Below, piece after piece: positions 41,282-55,875 of a DNA stretch of 64,000 nucleotides (its first letter is position 1; each line of letters starts with the position of its first letter). The stretch is from Octopus vulgaris. Its lineage: Eukaryota. Both the position numbers and the translations under genes were made by a program. The stretch covers positions 161,014,001-161,078,000 of the forward strand of contig OX597815.1 of assembly GCA_951406725.2 (NCBI GenBank), given 5' to 3'. Under the pieces are notes generated by a model, which was not told where the DNA came from, made no database searches, and was given only the letters and a program-made list of their open reading frames with translations.

Positions 41282-41799
41282 TTAATAGATTTGATGATGG
41301 CTTTTCCAATCATTAGGCACATTTTCTTCCTGCCATATCTTAGAAAATAATGGATGAAACATTTCTACTGCTATTTCTATAGCTGATTTCATTGCTTCAG
41401 CTGGAATGTTGTCTACGCCCCCCCCCCCCCCGCTTTACCATTCTTGAGGGGTTGTATAGCTTTTCTTATTTCAAACTTGGACGGTGGGTCAAGGCTGATG
41501 TTACTATCCAAACATTGCGAAAAGTGCTTTAAGGTGGAAACCAGATGGATACAGAAGGAGAGGTAGGCCTAAGAACTTGTGGCAAAGATCAACACAAAAG
41601 GAACTAGAGGAAGGGGGACATTCATGGCAGAGTATAAGTACTGAAGGGAAAAATTATGCGACATGGAATTCAACTATAAGTGGCCTATACTCTGCATTGG
41701 AGGGTTAAAAGCATAAAGAAGAAGAAAGAAGAAAGAAGATGGCGCTTTTCCCTGGAAGGATATTTAAGCTCATGCGAGAAGAAAGTAACAAGAAACATT

Positions 41800-42950
41800 T
41801 TTGGGTTGAGGTGGTAGCAATAGTGTAATCTGAAGCATCACTCTGGACTTTAAAAGTAAATATTCTCATCGATAGATGCTACTGCCTCTTCAACATTTAA
41901 ATATAGATCAAATGTCCACATATCCTTTTCAGATACAGGCATTTCTGTAATACCCAAAAATGATTTTATGCATTCAGAAAAGTTTAGAACATATTTAAAA
42001 TAGTAAGGAATAGTCATTAGTTGTTTCATATTTTGTGGAACAGAAGGTTTGTGAAGAGGTACTCATTATTCAGGATCAGGCCTAATTTCACTCTTTTCGA
42101 CAATATCACCAAGAATAAGTAACTTCTGTGTAGAAAATACACTCTTTTCATCATTAGCTGGGATATTTTCTCTCTTAGTAACACATAAGAACTGAGAAAG
42201 TTTGTAATTATGACTCCGTTGATAATTACTGCAAAAAGTAATGTTATCCAGAGAGGAGAATACAGCAGACAAGTTTTCTTCCTTCAGAAACTTGTTCATC
42301 TGCTGCTGAAAGCTAGCAAATTTGTTGCTCCAAAGGGTACTCAGGTAAACTGATATAATCTATTGTTTCTTTCAAATGCAGTATATGGCCTTTCTTCAAA
42401 TTTAATTGGTATTTCATGATAAGCACATCAGAGATCAATGGTGCTAAATACAGAATATTGAGCTTTTTATTGACAATATCTGTTATGTGAGATAATGGGA
42501 ATGCATCCAGCTGTGTGAATATATTGATGGCATGTGAATTGTCAATGACTAGACATTTCTCTTGGTTTTCATCCTTTGTAACTAGAATCTAAGCTTTTGA
42601 AGGTGATTTGCTTTGGCTCTTTTATTTCCTCCTTTAATAATCTGTTAATCTCCCATCTAATGAACTATAAATTGGTGTGACTATTGACGTAACTTTGTAG
42701 TATTACAACGACAGTCAGATGTCAGGCTGGCAAGATCAGTAAGGTCAATGTTAAGAATATTCAATCCACAAACTGATATTGCAGGTTGGTGTTAGTATGA
42801 CATTTATAACATTTCTGTTATAAATTAAATGTTACTTTGTCATGCTTTGATTGGAGGTCTGAGCCAAGCATTACATTAGCACATAATTTTGGGTAGAGAA
42901 CAGATTAATAGAAATACAATTGTCTTCGCTGCTTTTATTACTGTAGTCAT
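41800..42950 (-). pseudogene. Ty3/Gypsy LTR retrotransposon pol remnant (RT and RNase H)
   Basis: Minus strand LVIDNS.AINIFTQLDAFPL, FSTIDL*CAYHEIPI..EERPYTAFE, SLDNITF, LGDIV...IRPDPE and FKVQSDASDYTIA, in RT-then-RNase H order. Confidence 0.88.
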
Positions 42951-44239
42951 ATTTTTTCACCAAATACACTTCCTTTTGATCAATTTAGCATTCGTTATCT
43001 AAACTTTAATCTGGTGGTTGTCCTATTACAGACTGTTACACACTGTTTCATATCAAGCTTAATAGGATATCATTTGCACGTGATAGTGAATGTCACAGTC
43101 TGTCACCCAGCTATTTTTCTTTTTCTTTTTTCTTTCATGCAAGTTTCCATTTTGAATAAACATTCAGCTTTGCAAATTTTTAATTGCCAAGTTGTATTCT
43201 AACTTCTCAGACAGAATTTACCCACCTTTTCTGACACCAAATAATTAGATTTGATATTGTTGTTTTAGTCAAAAGTCTTCATGAAGGCTTACATTTTGCC
43301 ATCTCCAACCAATTATAATGTGTGTGTGTGTGTGTGTGTGTGTGCATGCGTGCATGCGTGAGTGTGAGTGTGTGTGCATGTGTGTGTGTGTGTGTACATA
43401 CCTATGTATGTATTATACATCATCATCATTTTAACATCCGCTTTTCCAAGTTTGCATAGATCGGATGGAATTCATTGATGCAAATTTTCTATAGCTGAAT
43501 GCCTTTCCTGATACCAATTCTCACCTATTCTCAAGCAAAGTAATATTTCCTCTTGGCCAGATATGTTTTCACAGAACAATGGAAACAAATAACTCTGAAA
43601 TATGATGATGACACTCCATTATAGCTATCACTTGATGTTAGTACAGGAGATACAAAGACACAAAATTATTAGGAAGTGTGTGTTCCGATGTGCAAATTTA
43701 GTTTTATTATTATATTTCATTGTGTTCTTTTTTTATTGTCTGTTAAGAGATCATTTGGGAGTCTGTTACTGTTATGGTATTTTGGATTCCAGCATAAATT
43801 TCAGCCTCTCAACAGCAGTATCCAAGTTATAGCTGATGTGACAATTTCCAACTTTAAGAAAATGCCTGATTTTTCACATGAGAATAAATAATAGTTCGCT
43901 TCAGCTATGAGACAAACTTACGGTAGAAAAACTTTCAATATTTATGTGTTAGATTTTTATTCATCATCATCATCCTTGTTTAACGTCCTCCTTCCATGCT
44001 GGAATGGGTTGGATGGTTTGACAGGAGCTAGCCAGGCAGAAGACCACATCAGACTTTCGACTGGTAGCACTTGCATGTGTTAGTTGTTTGTAAAATATCA
44101 TATGTCTTAACTAGATTAGCAATGTCAAATGATGATGGTGACAATGAGGACAGCAATGAAGGTAAAAAAAGATAATGATTATTTCTGATATAGACACAAG
44201 GTCAGCAATTTTGAGGTGCTCTATGGTTTAGCTTGTTCT

Positions 44240-44475
44240 TTCTTATTTCTTTATTACCCACAAGGGGCTAAACATAGAGGGGACAAACAAGGATAGACAA
44301 AGGGATTAAGTCGATTACATCGACCCCAGTGCATAACTGGTACTTAATTTATCGACCCTGAAGGGATGAAAGGCAAAGTTGACCTCGATGGAATTTGAAC
44401 TCAGAACGTAACGGCAGACGAAATACTGCTAAGCATTTCACCCGGCGTGCTAACGTTTCTGCCAGCTCATCGCCT
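44240..44475 (-). mobile_element. SINE family C monomer
   Basis: Minus strand ggcgatgagctggcagaaacgttagcacgccggg...ttctgagttcaaattcc..ggtcaactttgcctttcatcc...aaagaaataag. Confidence 0.85.
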
Positions 44476-44932
44476 TGTGTTATATTACAGTTTGCTCTGT
44501 TGTGCGTGGTGTATGTGTGATGAGAGTTTTGTTGGAAAACTAGTAGACTTGTTTTAAAAAATCAGAAAACCTGGTTTGTGGCCTTTTTTCCATCTCAGTT
44601 CCATTCTGAGTTCAAATCCTACAAGAGTCAGCTTTGCCTTTCATCCTTTACTGTTCAATAAAATAAATTACAAGTCAGGTGCAATTGATTATATCAACTA
44701 ACCCTACCACCATCTCAAAATTGCTGGTGTTGTGTCTATATCAGAAATAAATAATCATTATCATCGGCATCATCACCATCATTATTTTTACCTTCATTGT
44801 TGTCATCATCACCATCATCATCATTTGACTTTTCTAATCTAGTTAATATTATTTAATCTAGTTAAATATTATCAACCACTAATGTAGTGATTATTCCTCA
44901 ATAAGAAACTAACAGATAAATATTCTTTTGTT

Positions 44933-45220
44933 CTTTCACATGTTTCATTCATTTGACAGTGGTCATGCTGGAGCACCACTTTATAGGATTTTAGTAGAAG
45001 AAATTGACTCCAGGATTTATTCTTTGTAAGCCTAGTACTTATTCTATCGATCTCTTTTGCTGAACTACTAAGTTATGGGTACATAAACACACCACCATCT
45101 ATTGTCAAGCAATGAACACACACAGACAGAAATACACACACACACACATGCATATATATTTTTTATTTTATTTTATTTTATCTAGTTTCAGCTCACGAGC
45201 TGTGGCCATGCTGGGGCACC

Positions 45221-45260
<40 letters not shown>

Positions 45261-45422
45261 ACTGGCTTCTATCAGTTTCCATCTTCCAAATCCCCTCACA
45301 AGGCTTTAGTCAGCCTGAGGCTATAGTAGAAGACACTTGCCCAAGGTGCCATGCAGTGGGATTGAGCCTGGGACCATGTGGCTGGGAAGCAAGGTTCTTA
45401 CCACATAACCAGCCTGCACCTA
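44933..45422 (-). mobile_element. SINE family A copy with nested short tail element (45159-45224)
   Basis: Reverse complement of 26064-26460. Confidence 0.85.
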
Positions 45423-46414
45423 TTGAGAGTGTTTCTATCATATTTTTGTCTCCCAGCTGAAATGAGCTATCATATATTCTCATGAGAAAATATCATTCAT
45501 TCCCAACATTCTGTGTAAACATAATTGGACATGGAAAAATATTACCTTGCTAGCCACCGAAAATTTGCCTCAGTAGACTCCTTCCAACGCATGCAAGCAT
45601 GGAAAAGTGGACATAAAATGATGATGGTGATGATAATGATGATAATGATGAAATTAAGAAACCTTTATACATTTTGTTTTGTTTTTTTTTTTGTTTTAAT
45701 TCTAGAACTATATTATCCATTTTGGTCTTCTTTTTTTCAAACAGTAGAATGTGATTGCTGAGAGATTGTTGTGTTTTCTTGCAGATCTAATGATCATATG
45801 CAGTTTCTTGGCTTGTATGAATGTGCACATGCATGTGAGTGTGTGTGTGTCTGCTAAGCTCAGTATGTGATAAAATATAAAGTTTTCAAGAGATAAGAAT
45901 GATATCAGTTTAAGTACAAGGTTGGATTAGTTTGTTTAACATAACTAATGAACAAGTGTGATAACAAAAGTGACAGACCAAGAGCCTGTGTGGAGGGAGG
46001 AGAACAATAGGGAGGAGGAGGAAGAGAGAGAGGGAAAAGCATTTATTTCAAGACATTGTAAACATTTTAACAAAAATATAGCTGTCAGAAGATACACATG
46101 TGCACGCTCACACACACACAGACACACACACACACACACATACACACACACACACACACGCACGTTTTATCATGTTTATATACAATACTTCAATTCTTTA
46201 ACTTAACATGCATCAAATTTGTAATGCTTAAAGGCATAGCTTTGAGGTAAGAAGCTTGCTTCCCAATTACATGGTTCCAGGTTCAGTCCCACTGTATGTT
46301 ACCTTGGGCAATTGTATTCTAATACAGCCTCAGGCCAATCAAAGCCCTGTGAATGGATTTGGTAGACAAAAACTGAAAGAGGTGCATTTCATATACATAT
46401 ATGTGTGCATGAAA

Positions 46415-46456
<42 letters not shown>

Positions 46457-46535
46457 CCATCATCATCATATATATACATATACATATATATATATAAAAC
46501 TAAAAGAGGTACATTGTATATACAAATATGTATGC

Positions 46536-46630
<95 letters not shown>

Positions 46631-46984
46631 TACAGTTGAAATTTACAGAAAAACAAACGACGAAGACAGATGTATAAACAACAAACAGGTGTGTTAGTGT
46701 AATGCTCGGGAAGGTGAGAAAGTCTTTTATATTTTGAGCCTATGCTCTTCAACAGAAAGGAACACAAGGAAATAGACAAAGAGAGAATAAAAAAAACTTT
46801 CGGAGCTAGCAGACTCATGGAAATTCCAAGTTTTATAAATTTTCTTATTCTTTTCTGATGTAAAGATTTATAGGTCTTTATAACATTGTTTTATTATGTT
46901 AATGATTTTGATTATGTCTTTAGTTTTGTTCCATAGTTAAGATCATTTAAAGCATGACACAAATACTCAAACATTGTCAGAATT

Positions 46985-47385
46985 AGACATGGCTGTGTGG
47001 ACATAATGTTTACTTGCCAAACTTGGAGTTTGATTCCACTATGTCATACCTTGGGCAAGTGTCTTGTGCTAACCAAATCATTGTTGGTGGATTTAGTGTA
47101 CAGAAACTGGAAGAAGCCTGTCATATATATATTTGTGTGTGTGTGTGTGTTGCATGTGTGTGTGTCTTTGCCTTGACATTGCTTAATGGATGTAAAGGAT
47201 CCTCACCATCATGCAAGTGATGTTTCCAATTTTGTGTATTTAGTCATGGGGAAATATTACCTTGCTTGGAAATGAGTGAGAATCTGCAACAGAAATGGTA
47301 TCTATCTATAGAAAATCAGCCTCAACAAATTCCATAGGAAATGATGCAAGCATGGACATGTAGATGTTAAAATGATGATGATTAT
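46985..47385 (+). mobile_element. SINE with family A head and RTE-like GAT tail (related pieces at about 800-1030, 16250-16530, 43420-43660, 45490-45650)
   Basis: accttgggcaagtgtctt head, ggggaaatattaccttgcttggaaa, gcaagcatgga...gttaaaatgatgatga. Confidence 0.65.
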
Positions 47386-48692
47386 TGTTATGATGGTGAT
47401 GATAATTCTCAGTTATGATAAAAATGATAAAAAATACCTTCTTTGTTGAAAAAGTTGCAATGATCAAATAAAAATGCTCTGTAAGGAAAGCGAAAAAGCA
47501 TGTAAATTCTTATATTAAAGAGAAAAAAAGTTTGAGTTGTAAGTGTATAATGGTAAACAGAAATGAAGAAAAAGTAATAATTAGATGAAAAGTAATAATT
47601 AGAAGAAAAGTAATAATTAGATATCATCAAGCGAAGGATGCTAAAATATTATTAAATATTGACTATTATTAAGTTCAAATAACTATATGGGCTGGTAAAT
47701 ATAGAAATGCATTAAATTGTGTAGCATACTAGTTGAAGTGAGGTTTGAATTGAACCTCAGGGAATTTTTGTTTCAAGGACCAATATTTATTTCAATAGAA
47801 ATAAAAGATGTTGACTGGTAGAAAACGATACAAAGTATCCTAAATGCCTGCCTTAGCATAATAAATTTTAACTCATTGAGATATCATATATGTTTGGTTT
47901 TATTTTGAAAGAAATGTACTGTTATACCTGTTATACTTGAAGATAGACATTTACACTATACATCCAAATAATAATCAATGGCTTGTTGGATCTTAGTTTC
48001 TGATGATTTGTGAGATGGCTTGGATCTTAAAAACAAATCTGTTTGAAGTAGTCTACATGAAAGATATCTAATTTCCAGGCAAGTTTACTGAACGCAGTTT
48101 CAACATGTTATTGATGTGATCCAATGCTTTATTCTGATACGTAACTTTTCAGTCTTACTGTTGAATCTAATTCAGTGATATAAGTAGCAGCACTTATTAT
48201 ATCAATACTGCACAGTTGAAGAAGTTGGAAATAGGTGAAATATATAGATCAAACGCAGAATACCTTTGAATGTGTTGCCCCAAGTTGTGAAGAATTGAAA
48301 TTAAGGGTGATTGAGAAATATATACTTCATTCTCAGTATCATTGAATATATTAGAGCAGTAGCATTATACATGCATAGCAAAGAATAACTTGTTGCTTAG
48401 ATGTACAGTAAAGAGCAGAACACATTTTAGGTCTATCTACAGTTTAGTCATACTATACAACTTCATTTCTTCATAAATCAATAGTGCGTAACTTTCAATC
48501 AAATCCTATGGAGGCATAGGTGTGGCTGTGTGATAAGTAGTTTACTTCTCAACCATATGGGATTGGGTTCAATCTCACTACAAGCGCACATATATTTTAC
48601 TATGTTCCCCAGCTGACCACAACCTTATGAGTGGATGTGGTGGATGGAAACTGAAAGAAGCTCATTGTATGTATGTATGTATTTATGTACAT

Positions 48693-49545
48693 ATGAGGAG
48701 TGTTCATTAAAGATTTCCCCAGACCCACTTCCAGTTATTGCAGGAAATGGAACTTGAACAGGTAATCATTATAAATTGCAGCTTTCCACTAGTATTCATT
48801 TGTCTTTTATGGTGGCTGAAGTAGACTGAGGTGTTATAATGGAGAAGCTGAATGCAGATCAGTGATCAGGTTCTTATACCTGAAAGGTCGTAGACCAAAA
48901 GAGACTTTCACTGAGATGAAAGAAGTTTGTGGTGACAATACACCATCATATGATGTAGTCAAGCACTGGCATTGTCAGTTCAAATATGGTCAGACATTGG
49001 TGGAAACTGCTCCTGTTCCTGGACAACCACATTCCACCATTGATGACAACACCATCCATAAAGTGGAAGTCACCATTTTGGAGGATCGCTGCATAACTAT
49101 TCGGCGGCTAGCCCAAGAAGTGAAGATAAGTGTAGGGTCTGTGGAAAAAAATCATTCACGACTTCTTGCATATGTGGAAGTTATCTGCATGGATGAATTT
49201 CCTGGATGCTCACACCTTATCAGAAACATGAACAAGTCAACTGCTCCCAGGCTCTTCTGACAATGTGCCAAAAAAACGAGGAGGACTTTTCGGCAGACTT
49301 ATCACACATGATGAAACATGAATCCATCACTATAATCTTGAGACTAAAGTCCTGTTAAAGCATTGATAACATAACTCACCACCTCCAAAGAAGGGTCATA
49401 TCTAACCAGCAGCAGGCAAGGCAATGCTCAGTCTTTTGGGTCCAGTGTGGAGTAGTGATGATGGATTTTCTTGTGAAGAGCACCACAATTAATGGGGCAT
49501 ATTATGCTTCTTTGCTACAGGAATTGTGCAGAGCCATCAAAAAAT
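48693..49545 (+). pseudogene. mariner (DD34D) transposase remnant inserted in a family A SINE (head 48510-48668, tail about 49625-49855)
   Basis: RSVIRFLYLKG..PSYDVVKHWHCQFKYG..LEDRCITIRRLAQEVKISVGSV (HTH), RLITHDET*IHHY and GKAML..MMDFL..TTINGAYYASLL. Confidence 0.92.
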
Positions 49546-50191
49546 GGTACAGAGTTTTGTGCCAGCACATGAAACACTTGGCCCTTGAGTCTCTTAGCAA
49601 TTTATGCCAATTATTTAATAGAAAGTGTGTATCTGTATGTGTGTGTGTGTGTGTCTTTGTGTCTGTCTTCATTCTCCCACCAACTGGTGTTGGTTGCTTT
49701 ATGTCTCCATAGCTTAGCAATTCAGCAAAAGAAACCAACAGAATAAGTAGCAGGCTTAGTAAAAAGATAGGTATTGGGGTTGATTCATCCGAGGTAAAAA
49801 TTCTTCAAGGTGGTGCCCCTGCATGGTTACAGTCTAATGACTGAAACAAGAGATGAAAGATGCCAACAAAGTTTATATTGATAATAAAAAATGTCAAACA
49901 GGATACCATTCATAGTTGTTTTCTTATGTTCTGCAATCATTGTAAGCAAGGTATTGAAAAGATAAAAAGAAAAGAATTTTATTTCTGTCTTACTAAAAAA
50001 AAAGAAAAAATTATTTTAGATATTATAAAAATGTTTAATAACAGGCAGGCTGTGTGGTAAGAAGCTTGCTTCCCAACCACATAGCTTCAGATTCAGTCCC
50101 AGTGTGTAGCACCTTGGGCAAGTATCTTCTACTAAAACCTCAGGCCAACCAAAGCCTTGTAAGTGGATTTGGTTGAGAGAAACTGAAAGAA

Positions 50192-50920
<729 letters not shown>

Positions 50921-50954
50921 TGTCTTTGTGTCTGTGGTTTCCCCACCCCCACAT

Positions 50955-51575
50955 CACTGCATGTCCACTGGGTCCTATCAGACGCAAGTATCATTAGACT
51001 TTCTGGTTGGATTCCCAAGCATGACCAACTGAGATTATGGATATTATCCAACTACCATCTCAATCTTAGTCTACCCTTAAGTCTCCTAGTGGAGGCACAT
51101 AGTGTCTTGGACTTACGATCGTAAGATTGTGGTTTCAATTCCAGGACTGGGCAACCCATTGTGTTCTTGAGCAAAATACTACATTTCACATTGCTCCAAT
51201 CCACTCAGCAGGTGAAAAGGAATAGTCCTGCAATGGACCAGCATACCATCCAGGTGGAGAATTTATATGCCATGGAAACTGGGAAACCAGCCCTTGTGAG
51301 TTGGCATGACTCAAGAAGGTAGCATTACCTCTACCTTTTACCTGAGTATTCTACTGGTTTGGCTCAGCTTGAAGAATCTAGCTTGTGATTCTTTCCTTTG
51401 ACATTATAATTACATATCTATAGTACCAGAGCTATGACCTCTCAGTGGCTTCACCTGCAGAGGCTTTCTGATTTTTGAGCTACAAACCCAGAGTTCATTC
51501 GGAGGACATCTATTTTGGCCACATATTTGTGATCGCACTCTATCAGTCATTACTCAACTTTCATCACCATAAGAG
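50955..51575 (-). pseudogene. RTE-type RT C-terminal fragment interrupted by a SINE at 51088-51340 (+)
   Basis: Minus strand YGDES*VMTDRVRSQI (RTE YG.ESW); inserted SINE has agtggaggcaca head, ggtttcaattcc B box and ttacc tail. Confidence 0.6.
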
Positions 51576-54500
51576 AAAAAATATCCCTAAAAAAGATATG
51601 TAGAAGCAAAGAGCACCAAACTGTATCAAGGCCATGTTTTACTGGTTATGTGAAAAATTAGAGAATAAGCATGCATATAGAACCAGTTACATGAAATCTA
51701 CAGTATAATTTATTTGAATCTTGGTAGGTTTAATAGTGAGTTACAACGTTATCTACCCCTGTAATGAAGTAATTAATGTTATTGTTCTTGTTTTTATTAT
51801 CATAACAAATATTCTTTAACAGAATATTTATATGTATGCGACAGCATACATATTGTGTTTCGAATATGAAATCATGTAATTACATAACTATTTTGATATA
51901 AACATAATTTTTTTAATGTTTTTATATTTTTATTACTCTAAGCACTTTGATGATGTTGGTCAATCAATATTTTTTCCTGCTTGTTGAAAAAAAAAACGAT
52001 GAAAATGATATTTACATTAAAAAAAATCATAATAAATACATAAATTAATAAAGATTATATATATATCAGACATGTTAAATTTACAAGGATCTTCTTAATT
52101 ACTACTTAATACTTACATTACTTGATATTTCTTGAGAATAAAAAAGAAATCATAAACAAATATTTTAACTAAACTTTTTAAAATGATATATCTGAAAGAA
52201 AGTATTATTGTAAATTTTAAAAAAAATAACGACTTTGAAATGTAGTTAGTAATTATTACAGATATGTTTTCTTTAGCTTATATATATATATATATATATA
52301 TATGGTGGTGCAAACAAGAAATATAAAACTCAAATTATGAATATATGTATATTTTAATTAATATTTAGCAGAAGCAACAGAGTGGCTCAAGGATCAAGAG
52401 TTTTGTGAGATAAGTGCCAATGTACAAAACCCTCAGCCCTTGAGTCACCTTGTTGCTTCTGCTAAATATCAGTAAGAACACACACACACACATCCATCCT
52501 TAAATCTAAGCATACTTATATTTTATATCTTTCTTCTTAATTTTCAGATTGAGTTCAAATATATTCATGCATGAAGAGATCAAGAATAGAAACATATATA
52601 TTATATCAGAATTTTTCTTGAATCACGGAATGAGTTGAAATTAGGAAAATGAATTTGAAATATGAGGATATATTATTGCAACATTGAAAGTTCTAAAGAA
52701 GAATATTAAAGTTTCAACTTACGGAAAATGCTGAAACAACAAAATTGAAATTAAAAGACAAAAGTTTAAAATACTGTAATTTTATTGATAACCAAAAGAG
52801 AAAGGAATGAATTCAAAGCCAACAGAAAAATCAGTAACATTTTACAGACAGCAACCTATATGATTGGTGAAATTAAAGAAGCAAGAAGCACCTGAGAAGG
52901 AATTACCAAACACTACTTATGTATGTGCTTTAAAAAGCATATGCTCCAGCTAAAAAGAAAGTGAAATAAAAATAATTGGCTTAGATGCAAACGAAAATTA
53001 AAAATTATTAATAATAAAACAAAAATATATAAATGAAATGGGGAAAACTCATAAAATACAAATTTTAGATGGTTACTAAAGATCTAAAGTTCAAGCTAAT
53101 TGTAAATAAGATAAGAGGGAATTAAGAAACTAGATGTAATTATCAGTTACAAGGTTGTATGATAATACTTAGAAAAATCATTATTACGGTGAACTTTAAG
53201 TTTTTTATTGAATATTTATTTACATTACTTTTTTTTTTTTCTTTGCTAACATGTTTACTAATCTAATAGAAATACTTCTGAAAGAAAGTGACAATACTGC
53301 TTTTGTAGTTATTAGGGAGCGTTATGATATTTATCAGTCATTTAGATATGACTTTTGTAATTAATTAGTCATTAAAACCACTATGCTAATCATGGAGGCC
53401 AAAAAGAATGAACTGGTTCATAGAACTTTAAAACATTTTTTTCAAGTATATATGCATCTGCTTCCATATTGAATACGTAAACGTCATAATGTTTTAAATA
53501 TGTTGCCAAAATTACTTCAGCTTAAAATGTAAGAAAATCTGAAAGTTGATGCATATGTATTTTATGACACTGTTAGGTAGAGCTATTGATAAACATGTAG
53601 GTAGATAAGTAGCTAGAAAGAAAAAAAGAAAAGTAGACAGACAGACAGATAGATAGATTGATAGATAGATAGATACATTGATAGATAGATAGATTCATTG
53701 ATTAATAGATAGATAGACAGACATAGGTAGATTTATAGACAGACAGATAGACCAATAAGTAGATAGCTAGATGTATAAGTGATAGAGAGATAGATGATAG
53801 GTAAATAGATGAATAGACAGGTAAATACCGTTGGCGTTTAACGTCTGCTTTCTATGTTGGTATAGGTTGGATGGTTTGACTGAGGACTGGCGAGCCAGAT
53901 CTGGCAAAGTTTCTACAGTTGGATGCCCTTCCTAACGCCAACCACCCTGAGAGTGTAGTGGGTACTTTTACATATATATACATACATACACTAGGTGCTT
54001 AAGCAATCACAGTTCATCTAAATATGTTATAAAGTTTAGAAACAGACTTTAAAATGTTAAGTAGAACATATAGTTTATTTTAGAAAACATAATTTTTAAT
54101 CCAAGAACTGTTTGCCGTACATTCCACTAGAATATACTAATATTCCTAATATATATATATATATATATATATATAGATAGATAGATATCTATTTTAAATA
54201 AAGTATATAGATAGATAGATAGATAGATAGACAGACAGATAGATATGTTAGAAGAGTAACAAGTAGAAAATTCTTTCAACTGTTTGATGTAAATGTAATA
54301 AACAAAGGGAATAAACTAAATGAATTAAATCAAAACACCCACAGAAAATATCTTTATCAACATTTTTTTTCTTTTCAAGTGAAAGTTAAGTTATTTTTTG
54401 AAATAAAGTTATTAGATTATTCTTTGAATTCTTGATCTGATATCATTTATATTTCACTGCATTAAAATAAGTTATATAAAAAATAATTTCAGACTCTATG

Positions 54501-55822
54501 AAAGTCTGATAGATATATATATATTTTTTCAAAAATAAAAACAAAAACAAAGGCAAAAAAACAAATAATGTTTGCCATGCTTTCAAAATATAATAACAAT
54601 GAAACAAATTCAAGATAAGCTCATGGCTTTAATATGATGATTGTGATATCATATCTCGTAGTGCTATAGGTGGGTGGTACAAGGATGTACAATGACCATC
54701 AGATCAGGTTAAAATCTAGTCGTAAAATAAATAGGCAGTGTTTTTCCTATTTTTTTTTTCTTCTGTATTCAATCACTACTTTCTAATAGCTTTGCTTATT
54801 TCTTTTCATTTTGGAAAACCTAGTCACATAAGAAAACATATCATTATAACAGAAATTACTGATTGAATGTAAAAAAGGAATGAATCAGGCAACATGGACA
54901 GGTTTTTATAAAAATTTATCATATCTTCAAAGGATTTTACATGCTAACAAAGTAATACCCACAAGTAAACACAAAGGAAACGAAGACTACACTTTGCTGA
55001 ATTTACAAAGTAAGATATGTAATTCACAATTTATTTTTATAGCTGTCTTTGAAACCATTGAAATATCAAAAAACAAACAAAACAAAAGAAATTTAACCTG
55101 CCTAGAGATTAGTAAACAACTTCAATGTTTGGAAATAGAAACCAGGTCTTCTGTTTTTAAAATTGTTTACTCTGTGAAGATTGTTTCGACCTTGCTTTAA
55201 AAAAAACATATAAATACACCAAACTTTTCATTTTTGGAGATAAATTTCATCAACTTTTACCAAGACGAACTATACGAGAAGGCCAAACATTTGAAGCCAA
55301 AGTAAAAAAGCAATCACAAAGATCTAGTGGAAATTCTATGAAGTCATATGTATATAATAAGTTCATCTATTGATTTTTTAAATTGTGTAAAAAAATAAAA
55401 AAATAAGAAATGAAATTTTCAATAAACAAAAGGAAATTTTACTTGGAACCTCACAAGAAGTTATAGCAAAAGGTCTATGCATACTGCTGGAACGCTAGAA
55501 GTTATCTTCTTGTCATTGTGCAGTTGATACATAAGATATGGAGTTCTATTTCTTACCCATGCATCTTCCTTTGCGAACAAGTAGAGTTGCATCTTTTCCA
55601 CCAAGTAAGTTCACAAGCTTAATTTTTTGTTGACATCTCATGTGCTTTTGCTTTTCATATTTTAATAAATGTGCCAACGCTGTTAAAACTGTTCTAGGTA
55701 TTGAGATGAAAATAGGAATAACAAAGGTGATGGCAGTAGGTAAAAGAAGTGATAAAGATAAAAATTATATATATATACATACATATATATACATATATAT
55801 ATATATACATACATATATATAT

Positions 55823-55875
<53 letters not shown>

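Noticed and set aside
47572-47622. 18-bp unit repeated about three times (aagtaataattaga.gaa)
   Set aside because: Trivial slippage minisatellite
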